Below are positions 20,735 through 33,582 of a DNA stretch of 64,000 bases, piece by piece. Position 1 is the stretch's first letter. Each line of letters starts with the position of its first letter. The stretch spans positions 192,001 to 256,000 of the forward strand of contig CAWJSK010000019.1 of assembly GCA_963845535.1 (NCBI GenBank), written 5' to 3'. The notes beneath the pieces are model-generated. The model had not been told where the DNA came from and ran no database searches. It saw nothing but the letters and a program-made list of their open reading frames with translations. The DNA is from an uncultured Spirochaetota bacterium (GTDB lineage Bacteria; Spirochaetota; Spirochaetia; SZUA-6; Fen-1364). The translations under genes were made by a program, and so were the position numbers.

Positions 20735-21712
20735 TCAAGGGATTTCAGCAAAGAGCCGTCCCTGCCGGGCTCCCTCGGCACGCATTTTTTCGACCAGGCG
20801 GGAGGTGAAGAGGGACTTGGGCCAGAACGTCCGCGGGCTTATCACGTCCGCCGGCAGGGCGTCGCAGGTGATCCGCATGATCACGGTATCCGCGGGGAGC
20901 CTCTCGATAGCGCCAACGGTGTACTCGAGATGCCGCTCCGGCCCCGGAGTGGTGACTTCTCCCAGGAGGTGCTGGCGGGCCAGCGTCGTGCCTCGGGGTA
21001 TCAGAAGGTTGTGGATCTTGACGCCGTCCACGCCGAGTCGGGCCACAAAATCCGCCGTGCGCATGATGTCGGACCCGTCCTCGCCCGGCAGGCCGAAGAT
21101 CAGGTGAGCGGCGACTTTCAGCCCGTTGTCCTTCAGCAACGAAAACGCGCGTTCGAAATCCCCGCTGGTGTGGCCCCGCCCAATGCGCCGCAGCGTCTGG
21201 TCGTTGGCCGTCTGCAGCCCAAGCTCCACCCAGACCTCCAGGCCGCGCTCGCGGTAGGAGGCCAGCAGCCGGGCTTTCTCTTCATCAATGCAGTCGGGAC
21301 GAGTGGCCACGTTCAGCCCGACAAAAGGGGCAAGGGAAAGCCCTGCATCGTAGATCCGCGCAAGCTCGGCCGCCGATGCGTTCGTGTTCGAATAGGCCTG
21401 GAAAAAGAGGATGAAGGCCTGCGCCGAATACCGCTTCGACAAGAACGCGATTCCCGTGCTGACCTGGGCGGCAAGGCTTTCCCTGCTTCCGGGACCCGCA
21501 CCTTGAGCGCCGCAGCCCGGCACCGCCGCGCCTCGCGCATTCAGGTAGGGCGCGCGGGAGCCGTCCACCGCGCAGTAGCTGCAGCCGCCGGAGGAGCGGC
21601 CGGCTTTCCTGTTCGGGCACGAGAAACCGGCGTCCACGGCAACCCGGTACACGGTGCGGCCGTAGCGCCCGCGCAAATACGTGGCGTAGGTGAGGTACGG
21701 AGGCTCGATCAC
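20735..21712 (-). CDS. TIGR01212 family radical SAM protein (YhcC/YtqA-like)
   Basis: DAGFSCPNR...GGCSYC, FQAYSNT, ATRPDC, VELGLQT, HLIFGLPGE, GVKIHNL. Confidence 0.92.
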   Translation of the reverse strand: MIEPPYLTYATYLRGRYGRTVYRVAVDAGFSCPNRKAGRSSGGCSYCAVDGSRAPYLNARGAAVPGCGAQGAGPGSRESLAAQVSTGIAFLSKRYSAQAFILFFQAYSNTNASAAELARIYDAGLSLAPFVGLNVATRPDCIDEEKARLLASYRERGLEVWVELGLQTANDQTLRRIGRGHTSGDFERAFSLLKDNGLKVAAHLIFGLPGEDGSDIMRTADFVARLGVDGVKIHNLLIPRGTTLARQHLLGEVTTPGPERHLEYTVGAIERLPADTVIMRITCDALPADVISPRTFWPKSLFTSRLVEKMRAEGARQGRLFAEIP

Positions 21713-21791
21713 AAAAGAGGTCCCGCCGGCAGCGTAGCAGGGAAGGACGCTTGTTGACAATGCCGGCTCTCGTCCCTACAGTTTCGCCACC

Positions 21792-23042
21792 ATGAAGACA
21801 TTGCGGCGCGCCGGACAAACAGCGCTGGTTGTCGCGGCACTCTGCGCCTTTCTTACGGGATGCGGCCTCATCCCCGAACCGAGCGTCAGGATGGTTACCG
21901 ACAGGGCGGAGATGGCCGCGTACGTGGATCGTTTCAACGCGCTGCAGTCCGACGTGCGGGTCGAGCTCGCCTGGCGTGAGGCGCCTTTCCAGTCGGTGCT
22001 GGACGGAGTCCAGGCGGACCTCGTGGTGGGGGAGTGGCTTTCCAGCCCTGCCGTGATGGACCGCTTCGATCCGCTGGGAGACCTCGTCAAGCCGGGGAGG
22101 GTCGACCCGTCCTGGTTTTACGCAGGCCTTCTCTCCATGGGCTCCCGCGACAACAGGACAGTTCTCGTCCCGATCTCCTTCAGCCTTCCCGCAATCGTGT
22201 TTTTCAAGCCTGCCATGCAGGCCGAGCTTTCCAGCATGTTCATGCCGCTGGATACGCTTCAGTCTCTCTCTCGCGCTTTCAACGCCCCAGCCAAGTCCGG
22301 CGGCTTTACCGCCATGGGGTTCTCACCGTTTTGGAACCAGAGCTTCCTTGATGACGCCGCGCTGCTTTTCGGCGCCCGGTTCCGTCCGGGAAGAAACGGA
22401 CTTCCCGCCTGGGACCAGGACGGGCTGGCAAAGACCGTCGACTTCATGAGGTCATGGCTGGCCGAAGCAAACGGAGGGGCATCGGCAGACGATGCATTTT
22501 TCTCACGCTACCGCGTGCAGCCCTGGTACAAGCTCGTGGCAGGAAAAAAGATCCTTTTCGCTCTGGCATCGTTTACCGACTATTTTGCGCTCCCGGAGGA
22601 GAAACGAAGAGACCTGGATTTCCGCTGGTTGGCGCAGGGAAACTCCATCCCCGTGGAAAGCGACGTGCTGTTCGGGGGCGTCCTGAGGTCTTCGAGGAAT
22701 AAGCGGGCCGCCAGGGCGTTCCTCGAATGGTTTTCCAATCCTTCGGTTCAAAGGACTTTGCTGGACGTCAACCAGTCGAGGAGAATAGGGGTTTTCGGAG
22801 TGACGAACGGATTCTCGGCTCTCAAAAGCGTCAATGAGAAGGAATTGCCCCAGAGATACCCGTTTCTCCTTGGCCGCATACCATCGGAGGCCATCCTGAC
22901 CTTCCCGGAGACGCTTCCGGACAACTGGTTGGCCGTGCGGGACCAGGTCATCCGACCCTGGATCCATCAGAGCGCCTCGGGCGCGGAGGATCAGCCGCTG
23001 GAAAAGATGCTTGACGACTGGGCCAAAGGGATGAAAAAGTGA
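21792..23042 (+). CDS. Extracellular solute-binding-like lipoprotein
   Basis: Lipobox FLTGC; LVPISFSLPAIVF and AARAFLEWF are typical of sugar solute-binding proteins; lies upstream of an ABC ATPase. Confidence 0.65.
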   Translation: MKTLRRAGQTALVVAALCAFLTGCGLIPEPSVRMVTDRAEMAAYVDRFNALQSDVRVELAWREAPFQSVLDGVQADLVVGEWLSSPAVMDRFDPLGDLVKPGRVDPSWFYAGLLSMGSRDNRTVLVPISFSLPAIVFFKPAMQAELSSMFMPLDTLQSLSRAFNAPAKSGGFTAMGFSPFWNQSFLDDAALLFGARFRPGRNGLPAWDQDGLAKTVDFMRSWLAEANGGASADDAFFSRYRVQPWYKLVAGKKILFALASFTDYFALPEEKRRDLDFRWLAQGNSIPVESDVLFGGVLRSSRNKRAARAFLEWFSNPSVQRTLLDVNQSRRIGVFGVTNGFSALKSVNEKELPQRYPFLLGRIPSEAILTFPETLPDNWLAVRDQVIRPWIHQSASGAEDQPLEKMLDDWAKGMKK

Positions 23043-23105
23043 GGCCGGGGAGCCTGCCGCTGCATCGCTAACAGGATATTATAACGACCCAAGGCCAAAT
23101 ATTCG

Positions 23106-23135
23106 TTGACAATACCCGGGGGGGTCATTTATCAT
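23106..23135 (+). promoter_or_regulatory. sigma70 promoter of the ABC ATPase gene
   Basis: TTGACA-18-TATCAT, followed by a GGGAGG RBS. Confidence 0.65.
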
Positions 23136-23171
23136 TTGCCTCGATAGGATAATCCAACCGGGAGGTTGCAA

Positions 23172-24263
<1,092 letters not shown>

Positions 24264-24282
24264 GAAAGCGGGAATCACAAAG

Positions 24283-24312
24283 AGACCGGCCATGGGCGCC
24301 GGTCTTTTTTTT
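24283..24312 (+). terminator. Rho-independent terminator
   Basis: AGACCGGC-loop-GCCGGTCT followed by a T run, downstream of the ABC ATPase. Confidence 0.9.
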
Positions 24313-24360
24313 AGGAGTCTACGAGGTGTCGGCCTTCCAGAACGCCATCACTCGCGCAAA

Positions 24361-24399
24361 GGAAGCGGACGCGGAAGCGGAAGCGGCGTGGACGCGGAC
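24361..24399. repeat. Degenerate GGAMGC hexamer run downstream of the phosphomannomutase
   Basis: GGAAGC GGACGC GGAAGC GGAAGC GGCGT GGACGC GGAC. Confidence 0.55.
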
Positions 24400-25758
24400 T
24401 CAGCCGGCCTCAGCGTACCGCCGTATCTTCTCCGTCAGCTCGCCCGTCTTCGGCTTCAGGTTGTCCCTCGCGGTCGTCTCCACCACAAGACGGAGAAGCG
24501 GCTCCGTGTTGGACACCCGCAGGTTGAACCACCAGTCGGGGAAATCGATCCTGATTCCGTCAAGGTCGGTAAGGACACCCGCGGAATAATCCTTCCTGAC
24601 TCTTTCCAGTATCTGGCGCCCGTTGGGAACGGTAAAATTGATCTCCCCCGAGAAGAAGTACTTCCTGATTCCCGCCAGAAGCTCTGAGAATGGCCGCGCG
24701 CTGCGGGCCAGCACTTCCAGCACGATCTGGGCCGCGATCATCCCCGAATCGCAGAAGTAGTTCTCCCGAAAGTAGTAGTGGCCGGCCAGCTCCCCGCCCA
24801 GGATGCCCTGGGTTTCCCGAAGAAGCTTCTTGGCGTACGAGTGCCCGACCTTGCAGATCCGCGGGTCGGCTCCAAGGTCCCGCAGGCATTCCACCACCGC
24901 CCGGGAGCTCCTCACGTCGTACGTAGCAACTCGTGACCCTCCGGCAAGCCTCTCGGGGTGATCACGGAAGTAGTATTGTCCCAGGAGCCCGATGATAAGG
25001 TCCGGAGATACGAACCGGCCGGCCTCGTCGACGAACATCACGCGGTCGGCATCTCCGTCGAAGCAGATGCCCAGGGCGGCCCGCTGGCGCGCCACCTCCT
25101 CTTTCAGGGCTTGCAGGTTCTCTTCCTCCAGGGGATTGGGGGCGTGATTGGGAAACCGGCCGTCAGGGTTGTCGAACATGTAGTGGAAGTCCCCGCCCGT
25201 GGGGGCAAGGACGTCACGGAGAAAAATCCCCGCCATGCCGTTCGAGCAGTCGATGACCACCCGCAGCCCCTTCAGATCGTAACGGAACCGCGCAAGGTGG
25301 GAAAGATAATCCTTTCGGATGTCAAGCGATCCGATGGCGCCCGGGCCGCCCGGCGCGCGCGGCGGATCCGTCTGGGCAAGGGATTTTTCCAGGTCCGCAA
25401 GCCCCGTATCAAACCCCACGGGGACGGCCTCCCGGCGTGACACCTTCATTCCATTGTATTCCGGGGGATTGTGGGAGGCCGTGATCATGACGCTTCCGTC
25501 AAGGCCGTAGAAGGCGGTGGCGAAGTAGACTGCCGGCGTGTCGCACAGCCCGATGTCCTCCACGCCAGCGCCGGCTTCCGTGATGCCGCGCGCCAGATGG
25601 TCGAAGATCTCCTGGGAGGAAAGTCGAACGTCGCGTCCAACGCCGATTCGCTTCGCGCGGAGCAGCGCAGGGAGGCGCAGGCCAATGCGGTAGGCCATGG
25701 CCGCATCCCATTCTTTTCCGAATATGCCGCGGATATCGTATGATTTGAATACGCCCAT
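24400..25758 (-). CDS. Phosphomannomutase/phosphoglucomutase
   Basis: FKSYDIRG, phospho-Ser MITASHNP, FDGDADR, GELAGH, RVSNTEP. Confidence 0.95.
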   Translation of the reverse strand: MGVFKSYDIRGIFGKEWDAAMAYRIGLRLPALLRAKRIGVGRDVRLSSQEIFDHLARGITEAGAGVEDIGLCDTPAVYFATAFYGLDGSVMITASHNPPEYNGMKVSRREAVPVGFDTGLADLEKSLAQTDPPRAPGGPGAIGSLDIRKDYLSHLARFRYDLKGLRVVIDCSNGMAGIFLRDVLAPTGGDFHYMFDNPDGRFPNHAPNPLEEENLQALKEEVARQRAALGICFDGDADRVMFVDEAGRFVSPDLIIGLLGQYYFRDHPERLAGGSRVATYDVRSSRAVVECLRDLGADPRICKVGHSYAKKLLRETQGILGGELAGHYYFRENYFCDSGMIAAQIVLEVLARSARPFSELLAGIRKYFFSGEINFTVPNGRQILERVRKDYSAGVLTDLDGIRIDFPDWWFNLRVSNTEPLLRLVVETTARDNLKPKTGELTEKIRRYAEAG

Positions 25759-25840
25759 CGCCCGACTGTAGCTCGAATCACCTACCCTGTACACCAGAGC
25801 CCATTTTTACTACTCTCTTGGCTTCGGAGGAGCCACACGA

Positions 25841-28378
25841 ATGGGACTTTTGACCTTCACGATCAAGCCGAACATTCCGACCCGACTGAAGCCCCTCGAA
25901 GAGCTTGCGCATAATCTCTGGATAAGCTGGAACTACGAAGCCATCATGCTGTTCATGCGCATCGACTACGACGCGTGGATGGCGTCGCGCATGAACCCCG
26001 TGCGGATGCTCGGCCTCGTTTCACAGGCGCGGCTGGAGGCCGCGGCCGCTGATGACTCCTTCCTTGCCGCGCTGGACGCGGTCTACGCGAAGTTCCTGAG
26101 GTACAACTCCGCGGAGAGATGGTACAAGGGCCCGGCGGACCGATCCATCGCGTATTTCTCCATGGAGTACGGGCTGGACGTGGCGCTTCCCGTCTACTCG
26201 GGCGGCTTGGGAATGCTTTCCGGAGATCACCTGAAGTCTTCGTCAGACCTCGGTCTTCCGCTCGTGGGGGTCGGGCTCCTGTATCGCCAGGGATATTTCC
26301 AGCAGTACCTGAACCCCGACGGCTTCCAGCAGGAGTCATATCCCGAAAACGACTGGTACAACATGCCGGTGAATCTCTGTCGCGACGCGAAAGGAGAGCC
26401 GCTGTCCGTTTCCGTGGAAATGGGAAAAGAGAAAGCCCTGGCATGGATCTGGGAGGTCAAGGTCGGAAAGAACTCCCTCTATCTGCTTGACACAAATATA
26501 GAAGAAAACCCGACTCACCTGCGGCTGATCACCGCGTCTCTCTATGGAGGAGAACGGGAGACGAGGATCCAGCAGGAGATCCTCCTGGGGATCGGCGGGA
26601 TCAGGGCGCTTCGCGCGCTGGGGATCACCGCGCATTGCATGCACATGAACGAAGGGCACTCCGCCTTTCTTGGCCTGGAAAGGATCCGCCTGCTCATGTG
26701 CGAAAAGAAGCTCTCCTTCAACCAGGCCTGGGAACCGGTCTGGGCGACGAACGTCTTCACCACGCACACCCCGGTGCCGGCGGGCAACGAACGCTTCGTT
26801 CCGTCTCTCATGGAGAAGTACTTCAGCTCCATGGCTTCCGAGCTCGGGCTGGGATGGAAGGATTTCCTGGGGCTCGGCCGGGAGGACCCCCACAATGACG
26901 GGGAGGAGTTCTGTCTCACCGTGCTGGCCCTGCGCCTGTCCGCGTACAACAACGGCGTGAGCAGGCTCCATGGACGCGTGTCGCGCGCCATGTGGCGAAA
27001 CATCTGGCCGTCGTTACCCCTGGATGAGGTTCCCATCACGCACATCACCAACGGCGTCCACCCCCGCTCCTGGATCACGCACGACATGGTGGATCTTCTG
27101 GACCGCTACTTCGGTCCTGAGTTTCTCGACGCGCCCACCAACAGCGACATCTGGGACCGCATTGACCGGGTCTCGGATGAGGAGGTCTGGCGCACGCACG
27201 AGAGGCGCAGGGAGCGGATGGTCGCCTTTGCGCGCGGAAGGCTCAAGGAGCAGCTTGCGCGGCGCGGGGTCACCAACTCCGAGCTTTCCCGAGGCGCCAA
27301 CGCCCTTTCCCCGTACACCCTGACGCTGAGCTTCGCGCGCAGGTTTGCCACCTACAAACGGGCCGACCTGCTGCTTTCGGACCCTGAGAGGCTCATCCGG
27401 CTGCTGACGGATAACGAGCGGCCCATACAGCTCATCTTTGCCGGCAAGGCGCATCCGCACGACCTGGCCGGCAAGGAGATCATCAAGAAGATCATCCATT
27501 TCACGAGCGACCCGCGGGTGGCCAGCCGCGTTGTTTTCCTTGAGGACTACGACATGACCACCTCCCGTTACCTCGTGTCGGGAAGCGACGTGTGGCTGAA
27601 CAATCCGCGAAGGCCCCTGGAAGCCAGCGGCACCAGCGGGATGAAAGCGGCAATGAACGGCGCGCTGAACGTTTCCATCCTGGACGGCTGGTGGGACGAG
27701 GCCTACTCCACGGACATCGGATGGGCCGTCGGTCGGGGGGAGGAGTATGACGACCAGGCCCTTCAGGACGAAGTGGAGGGCAAGGCGCTCTATGATCTTC
27801 TGGAACGGGAGATCATTCCGCTTTTCTACACGCGCGGCATGGACGGCCTCCCACGGGAATGGATCAAGCGCATGAAAGCCTCCATGCGGGAAGTGGGCAA
27901 GGGGTTCAGCACACACCGGATGCTGGCTGAGTATACGCAGCGTTTCTACGCGCCCGCGCTGGAGAGCGCCCGGGCGTTCGAAGCGGACACATGCAACCTT
28001 TGCCGCGATTTGGCGTCCTACAAGGAGAAGCTCGCGGCCAACTGGGACGATCTGGAGATCGAGGAACTGACATCCTCATCAGCCTCCATCCTCAAGATCG
28101 GCGACAAGATCTCGATGGCGGCCAAGGTCCACCTCGCCGGGATGGGGCCGGATGAGATAGGCGTCGAGCTGTATTACGGCGGCCTGTCTTCGGAAGGGGA
28201 GATCGAGGACCCGCGCCGGCTGACCATGAAGCACTGCGGCACTGACGGGGACATGGCGGTGTACTGCGCTGATATCGTCTGCGACAGGACGGGCCGGCAA
28301 GGCTACACGGTCAGGGCGTTGCCGTCACACAAGGCGCTCGTGCATCCGTTTCTGCCCGGCCTCGTCAAGTGGGGATAG
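25841..28378 (+). CDS. glgP: Alpha-glucan (glycogen) phosphorylase
   Basis: [42 protein letters not shown]. Confidence 0.96.
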   Translation: MGLLTFTIKPNIPTRLKPLEELAHNLWISWNYEAIMLFMRIDYDAWMASRMNPVRMLGLVSQARLEAAAADDSFLAALDAVYAKFLRYNSAERWYKGPADRSIAYFSMEYGLDVALPVYSGGLGMLSGDHLKSSSDLGLPLVGVGLLYRQGYFQQYLNPDGFQQESYPENDWYNMPVNLCRDAKGEPLSVSVEMGKEKALAWIWEVKVGKNSLYLLDTNIEENPTHLRLITASLYGGERETRIQQEILLGIGGIRALRALGITAHCMHMNEGHSAFLGLERIRLLMCEKKLSFNQAWEPVWATNVFTTHTPVPAGNERFVPSLMEKYFSSMASELGLGWKDFLGLGREDPHNDGEEFCLTVLALRLSAYNNGVSRLHGRVSRAMWRNIWPSLPLDEVPITHITNGVHPRSWITHDMVDLLDRYFGPEFLDAPTNSDIWDRIDRVSDEEVWRTHERRRERMVAFARGRLKEQLARRGVTNSELSRGANALSPYTLTLSFARRFATYKRADLLLSDPERLIRLLTDNERPIQLIFAGKAHPHDLAGKEIIKKIIHFTSDPRVASRVVFLEDYDMTTSRYLVSGSDVWLNNPRRPLEASGTSGMKAAMNGALNVSILDGWWDEAYSTDIGWAVGRGEEYDDQALQDEVEGKALYDLLEREIIPLFYTRGMDGLPREWIKRMKASMREVGKGFSTHRMLAEYTQRFYAPALESARAFEADTCNLCRDLASYKEKLAANWDDLEIEELTSSSASILKIGDKISMAAKVHLAGMGPDEIGVELYYGGLSSEGEIEDPRRLTMKHCGTDGDMAVYCADIVCDRTGRQGYTVRALPSHKALVHPFLPGLVKWG

Positions 28379-30431
28379 GGAGAGCCCTGGGGGCGCCAAC
28401 CGCGTTCGCAGCGGACTCCCGATCCGGCAGCTTGAATTGCTTCACCATGCGCTGCATCTCCTGAGCAAGGCTGGAAAGCTCCGTGGTTGCCGCGCTCATC
28501 TGCTCCGCGGCGCCGGCAGCCTGCTGCGTCAGCTCATTCACGCTTTCCACCGCCGTGGCGACCTGACGGGCTCCCGTGGACTGCTCCTCGGTGGCCGCGG
28601 AAATGCTCCTGCTCATCTCGCTGACGTTTGCAAGGGACCGGGCGAGCTCCTGGATGGCCGAGACCTGCCTTCCCATGGCATCGGTAAGGTTGATGATCAT
28701 CTCACTCACGCGCTCAGAGGCGACCCTGATCCCTTCTATGGCGAGCTGCGAGCCCTTGGCGGTCTTCACTCCCTGCTCGACGTTCTTCACGCTTTCCCGG
28801 ATGAGCGCTTCGATCTCCTTGGTCGAAGAGGCGCTGCGCTCCGCCAGCTTGCTCACCTCGTCTGCCACCACGGCAAAGCCCCTGCCGTGCTCGCCGGCCC
28901 GGGCGGCCTCGATGGAGGCGTTCAACGCAAGGAGGTTCGTCTGATCGGCGATGTCGGATATCACCGTGACGATCCCGCTGATTTTCTCCGAGCTCCTTGC
29001 AATCTCGTTGATGCCTGTCACCACCGAATCCACCGCCGCGGCCCCTTCCCTGGCGTTTTCCAGGGACGTTCGAGCGAGGCTGGATATTTCGCTCAGACTG
29101 CCTGAGACCGCCTGCAGGGACCTGTCCACCTCCTGCATCGAGCGCGCTTCCTGTTCCACGGACTGGAGTTGCGACTGCGCGCTTTCGCGGACGCTGTCCA
29201 TGGATGCGCTCAGCTCTTCGACGGAAGCGTTGGTTTCTTCCAGTGTCGAGGCTTGATTCTGCGCGCCGGCGCTGAGCTGGCCTGCGCTGGCGGCGATCTC
29301 CTCGCTCGACGTGGCGATTCGGGCCGCCGCGTTCTGGATGGATCCCATTGTCTCCCGAAGGTTTCGGACCATGGATCCCGCGGACGTGAGGACCTGGCCG
29401 ATTTCGTCCCGGCTGCCGTTTGCTGCAACGTCCTCCGAGAGATCTCCGGCCGCAATCCCTTTCATCGTCATCACGACTCCTCTCATCGGACCCAGGACTC
29501 TCCCGATGGAAAGCGAGAGGGCAAGGAGCGTCAGCATGCTCACGCCGAGGATTGCAGCGAGGGAGAGGAGAAGGGAACGACGGAGCTCGGAAAGGACTTC
29601 CGTCTGGTCCCTGATGATGAGGATCTGACCGACCACCTGTCCCGAGTAGTCCTTGATGGGGAACCCCGCCGCGAAGTAGCTTCTTCCCCCGTCGGTATAG
29701 TCGCTTCTGTGGGGACTGAACTGGCGGGTGAAACTTTGGGCGAAATCCGAGGAGTACGAATAGAAGATGGTTTCGCCGACCGTGACGTCGTCTTTTCCCG
29801 CCTCGAAGCGGTTGGCCTGTTCGAACACCGGCTTGAAAATCCCGATGGCAAAATCGACCTTGAAGATATCTTTCATGTCACGCAGAATCCCCGCGATCGA
29901 TCCGCCGAGCTCGACGCTGCCGATGTGCCGGCCGTTGAACTTGATTGGGTACACAACCCTCGTTCCGGGACCGGCTCTGCCGACCTCCAGACCCACGACG
30001 GGCGCCTGATCCCGGTTCGCCTGCACCACCGTCTTTCGGAATTGGGACAGGTCATCGCCGAACTTGTCCTCTTGATGCAACCTCAGGAAGCTCGTGGCGG
30101 GAGGAACGTGAAACTGGAACTGGTCGATTGCCATCCCGCTGGATGCGGACTTGAAGAAATCCCTGTACATCCGCAGCAACCCTGCTCGGTCACCCGCCGC
30201 GAGCAGGCCGGCCGTCTGCGGATTCTCGGCAATCACTTTCACGGCAAGGGAAAGGTTGTTCAGGCCAGCCTTCAAGTTGGCCTCGAACGTGCCCTGAACG
30301 TCCGCAAGCAACCGTGCGTTGCTCTGCGAAAGCTGCCTCTGGAAGGAGGAGTATTCTTTCGCGATGCTGAGGGCAAGGAGAGCCAGAACAGCGAGAAGTA
30401 CCAAGGAGAGCGTTCGAAAGCGAATGCTCAT
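28365..30431 (-). CDS. Methyl-accepting chemotaxis protein (Cache sensor, HAMP, MA domain)
   Basis: Two TM segments, SFLRLH..KFGDDLS Cache motif, [41 protein letters not shown]. Confidence 0.95.
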   Translation of the reverse strand: MSIRFRTLSLVLLAVLALLALSIAKEYSSFQRQLSQSNARLLADVQGTFEANLKAGLNNLSLAVKVIAENPQTAGLLAAGDRAGLLRMYRDFFKSASSGMAIDQFQFHVPPATSFLRLHQEDKFGDDLSQFRKTVVQANRDQAPVVGLEVGRAGPGTRVVYPIKFNGRHIGSVELGGSIAGILRDMKDIFKVDFAIGIFKPVFEQANRFEAGKDDVTVGETIFYSYSSDFAQSFTRQFSPHRSDYTDGGRSYFAAGFPIKDYSGQVVGQILIIRDQTEVLSELRRSLLLSLAAILGVSMLTLLALSLSIGRVLGPMRGVVMTMKGIAAGDLSEDVAANGSRDEIGQVLTSAGSMVRNLRETMGSIQNAAARIATSSEEIAASAGQLSAGAQNQASTLEETNASVEELSASMDSVRESAQSQLQSVEQEARSMQEVDRSLQAVSGSLSEISSLARTSLENAREGAAAVDSVVTGINEIARSSEKISGIVTVISDIADQTNLLALNASIEAARAGEHGRGFAVVADEVSKLAERSASSTKEIEALIRESVKNVEQGVKTAKGSQLAIEGIRVASERVSEMIINLTDAMGRQVSAIQELARSLANVSEMSRSISAATEEQSTGARQVATAVESVNELTQQAAGAAEQMSAATTELSSLAQEMQRMVKQFKLPDRESAANAVGAPRALPIPT

Positions 30432-30487
30432 AGTCTGTCCTTTCCTTTGATTTGGTCGAACCTACTGCCCGGCGTTAGCATTCTGTT

Positions 30488-31258
30488 TCAGCCAAACAGG
30501 TGCACGGCCCCGACCCAGCCTTCGGCCACCACGAAAATGACGATCAAGAGCAGGGCAGGCAGGAAGTTCGCGGTCTTCAATTTGGCAAGCCCCAGCAGGT
30601 TTATGCCGATCATGATCACCAGCGCTCCTCCGACGCCGGTCAGTTCCTTGAGGAGCGTCTCACTCACGAGCGGCGCCAGCCACACTGCCGCGATTGTCAG
30701 GATTCCCTGATAGACGAGCACCGAGAGCGCTGAGAATGCCACGCCAATTCCCATGGCCGCCGTAAGAACGATGGCCATGAACCCGTCCATCACGGATTTG
30801 GTGAAGATCAGCTCGTAGTTGCCTTCCGCGCCTGCCTTGAAGGAGCCCACGAGCGCCATTGCGCCTACGCAAAACAGGACAGAGGCGTTGAGGAAGCCGT
30901 AGCCAAACTCCGACCCGAGGCCTGCCGCCGCCCCTGCCGGCGTTCCCGGCACTGACACGCCGGCGGTCCCCCGCGCCGACATCCGCCCGGGGGCGAAACG
31001 CTTCAGCTTTTCTCCGAGGGCGAGGATGCCGTTCTCGATGCGCCACCATTCCCCAAGGATGCCGCCGATGATGAGGGAAAGGGCGAGGTAGACGATCTTC
31101 TGGCCCGTCAGAGCCATCTTGATTCCGATGATGAGGGACGAGGTCCCGGCGCCGATCTGGACGATTGTCTTGAAGGAATCCTTGATCTTGGTTCGCAGGA
31201 GCAAACCGAGGAGGGAGCCGATGAGGACAGCACCGGCGTTGACGATGGTGGCTATCAT
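30488..31258 (-). CDS. DUF554 family membrane protein
   Basis: TIVNAGAVLIGSLLG, LFCVGAMALVGS, KSVMDG, NFLPAL. Confidence 0.9.
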   Translation of the reverse strand: MIATIVNAGAVLIGSLLGLLLRTKIKDSFKTIVQIGAGTSSLIIGIKMALTGQKIVYLALSLIIGGILGEWWRIENGILALGEKLKRFAPGRMSARGTAGVSVPGTPAGAAAGLGSEFGYGFLNASVLFCVGAMALVGSFKAGAEGNYELIFTKSVMDGFMAIVLTAAMGIGVAFSALSVLVYQGILTIAAVWLAPLVSETLLKELTGVGGALVIMIGINLLGLAKLKTANFLPALLLIVIFVVAEGWVGAVHLFG

Positions 31259-31381
31259 GGTGAGCGGTCCCACTGTAGCGGTTTTTCCGCAGCCTGGGAA
31301 TACGCACGGGCGGAAAAAAGGAGCGGAAAAAAGTGGCGCCACTTGCCCCGTCCGGGAAAAGCCTCTATTCTCGTGCCAACC

Positions 31382-31984
31382 ATGAGACGATTGTGCGCCA
31401 CGGCCGGGTTCCTGATGTTTGTTGGCATCCTCGTCGGCACGCCCGCTGCGGCCCAGGGGACGGGAAGGACTGGCGCGGGCCCCGCGCCGGGTGCGCCAGC
31501 CGCGGCCAACGTCCCACCAGCAGCCGCGGCAACCGTCCCGGCAGCAGCGAACGCGCCGGTAGCGGCCAACGTCCCGCGAGCCGCGGGCGCTGGCGCCGCC
31601 GATTTCGACCCCACGCAATACATCGGGCTGGGCCTGAAGTCCGCGCTGGATGCGCTGGGAGCGCCGGCGCAGGTGTTTTCCTTCCGCGGCCAGGATGATT
31701 CGCAGGACGATGTTGTTTTTTTTTATCCCGATTACCTCTACTTGTTCTGGTACCGCAACAGGGTCTGGCAGGTGAGGTGTGACAGGAGGTTCGCCCGGCC
31801 GATGTTCGGATTTGCAATGGGGATGCCGCGCGAAGTGGTCGAACGGACCGCCACGCGCCAGTTCATGGCCAAGGGGGATTCGCTCTTTTTCGATCTGGAA
31901 GACGCCAAGTCGCCGTTGCGCGTGAGGCTCGTTTTTTCGAACGACACGCTGTCGGATATCTACGTGTACAGGAGCGATTTCTGA
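31382..31984 (+). CDS. Exported hypothetical protein with Ala/Pro-rich linker
   Basis: Signal peptide, AANVP-like repeats, globular C-terminus DVVFFYPDYLYLFWYRNRVWQVR. Confidence 0.7.
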   Translation: MRRLCATAGFLMFVGILVGTPAAAQGTGRTGAGPAPGAPAAANVPPAAAATVPAAANAPVAANVPRAAGAGAADFDPTQYIGLGLKSALDALGAPAQVFSFRGQDDSQDDVVFFYPDYLYLFWYRNRVWQVRCDRRFARPMFGFAMGMPREVVERTATRQFMAKGDSLFFDLEDAKSPLRVRLVFSNDTLSDIYVYRSDF

Positions 31985-33497
31985 AACTGCCGTCCGGGAT
32001 ATGCCTCTGCCTCACCGGCGCCACTCTTGAAGAAGACCTCGCGTTTGTCCAAAAGTACCGCACGCACGTGGACCTGCTTGAGCTGCGGGCTGATTTCCTT
32101 CGGCCCGAGGAGGCTGCTCGGGCCGGGGAGCTGCCCGGAAAGGTGGACCTGCCTGTCATCCTTACCGTACGGCGCGAGCAGGAAGGGGGAAAGTTCACGG
32201 CGGAAGAACGGGACCGAGTGCAGCTTCTGTCTCGCCTGGGACCCTCGGGCTTTGCGTTCGTCGATCTGGAGGAAGACCTCCAGGCCCCGGAGCTGGACAG
32301 GCGCATCCGTGAAGCAGGAGCCGGCGTCATCCGATCTTTCCACGACTTTCATGGCGTCCCATCCGATCTGGCCCGACGGCTGGCGGCCCTTGCGCGAAAC
32401 GCGCGGGAGATCCCGAAGGCGGCGGTCACGCCGCGCGGCGCGGCTGACTTGGGGCGGCTCCTGGAAGCGTTCGAGACTCTCGCGTCCATTCCGAAGGTGC
32501 TTCTGGGAATGGGGGATTACGGCTTTCCCTCCTGCGTGCTTGCTCCGAAGCTGGGGTCCCTGTTCTGCTACTCATCCCCGTCGCAGGCGATGGCGGCGCC
32601 GGGCCATGTCGATCCGCAAACGCTGGATGGGCTTTACCGCTATCATCGCATTCGGAAGAATACGACGGTGTTCGGCGTCATTGGGAACCCGGTCATGCAT
32701 TCCCTTTCACCGCTGATCCACAACGCCGGCCTGGCGGCTCTCGGGGAGGATGCGGTCTATCTTCCGTTCCTCGTCGACGAGTTGGAGCCGTTCTTCCGCG
32801 CCGCGGACTCACTCGGCGTCCAGGGCCTTTCGGTCACGATCCCGCACAAGGAAGGCGTGATGCGGATGCTCGCGCGCAAAGGCCCATCCGTGGCAGCCAT
32901 AGGCGCCTGCAATACCATTCGTCGCGAGGCTGGAGGCACGTGGGAGGGGACGAACACGGACGCGGCAGGATTCCTGGCGCCTCTTCTTCAGGCTTTCCAC
33001 GGCGCTTTCCCGCCAGGGCTCAGCGCCACCGTCATTGGGCCGGAGGAGCTTCACGAGCAGTAGTGCACGCGCTTCTGGGCCAGGGGGCGCGCGTGCTCGT
33101 GCTGAATCGGACGGTGCTTCGAGCGCAAAAGCTCGCGGAGGATCTCGGCGCCCGCGCGGCTTCGGTCCTGAGCGCCCCGCTGGATGAGTCCGGTCTGAAG
33201 CTCATGAGGGATTTCACGGACCTTATCGTCCAAACCACACGGGTTGGAATGTCGCCGAACGAGAACGCGGACCCTCTGACGGGCTATCGATTCACTGGCT
33301 CCGAGACTGTCTATGATCTTGTCTACGCTCCTGAGACCACGGCATTCCTGAAGCGCGCACTGGCTGCCGGATGCACCGTCGTTCGAGGCGGCCAGATGCT
33401 CCTGGCGCAGGCGTTCGAGCAGTTTCGCTTCTTCACGGGATGCGATTTTCCAGCGCACGCGAGGCAAGGGCTTCTGGCGCGCATGAGCGCGACTTGA
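31981..33497 (+). CDS. aroE: Bifunctional type I 3-dehydroquinate dehydratase / shikimate dehydrogenase; probable CTG start; frameshift at ~33037
   Basis: ICLCLTG, ELRAD, TVRREQEGG, IRSFHDF; GNPVMHSLSPLIHN, VTIPHK, GACNT, NTD; IG(A)GGAS restored by +1 G; YDLVY, MLLAQA. Confidence 0.88.
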
Positions 33498-33582
33498 GAA
33501 TTTTTTCACGATATCGCGCTTGACTCTTTTTTCAGAGTCCGTATTATTATGCAAACTTTCGCTCAGGAGAAAGAGGTAGACG

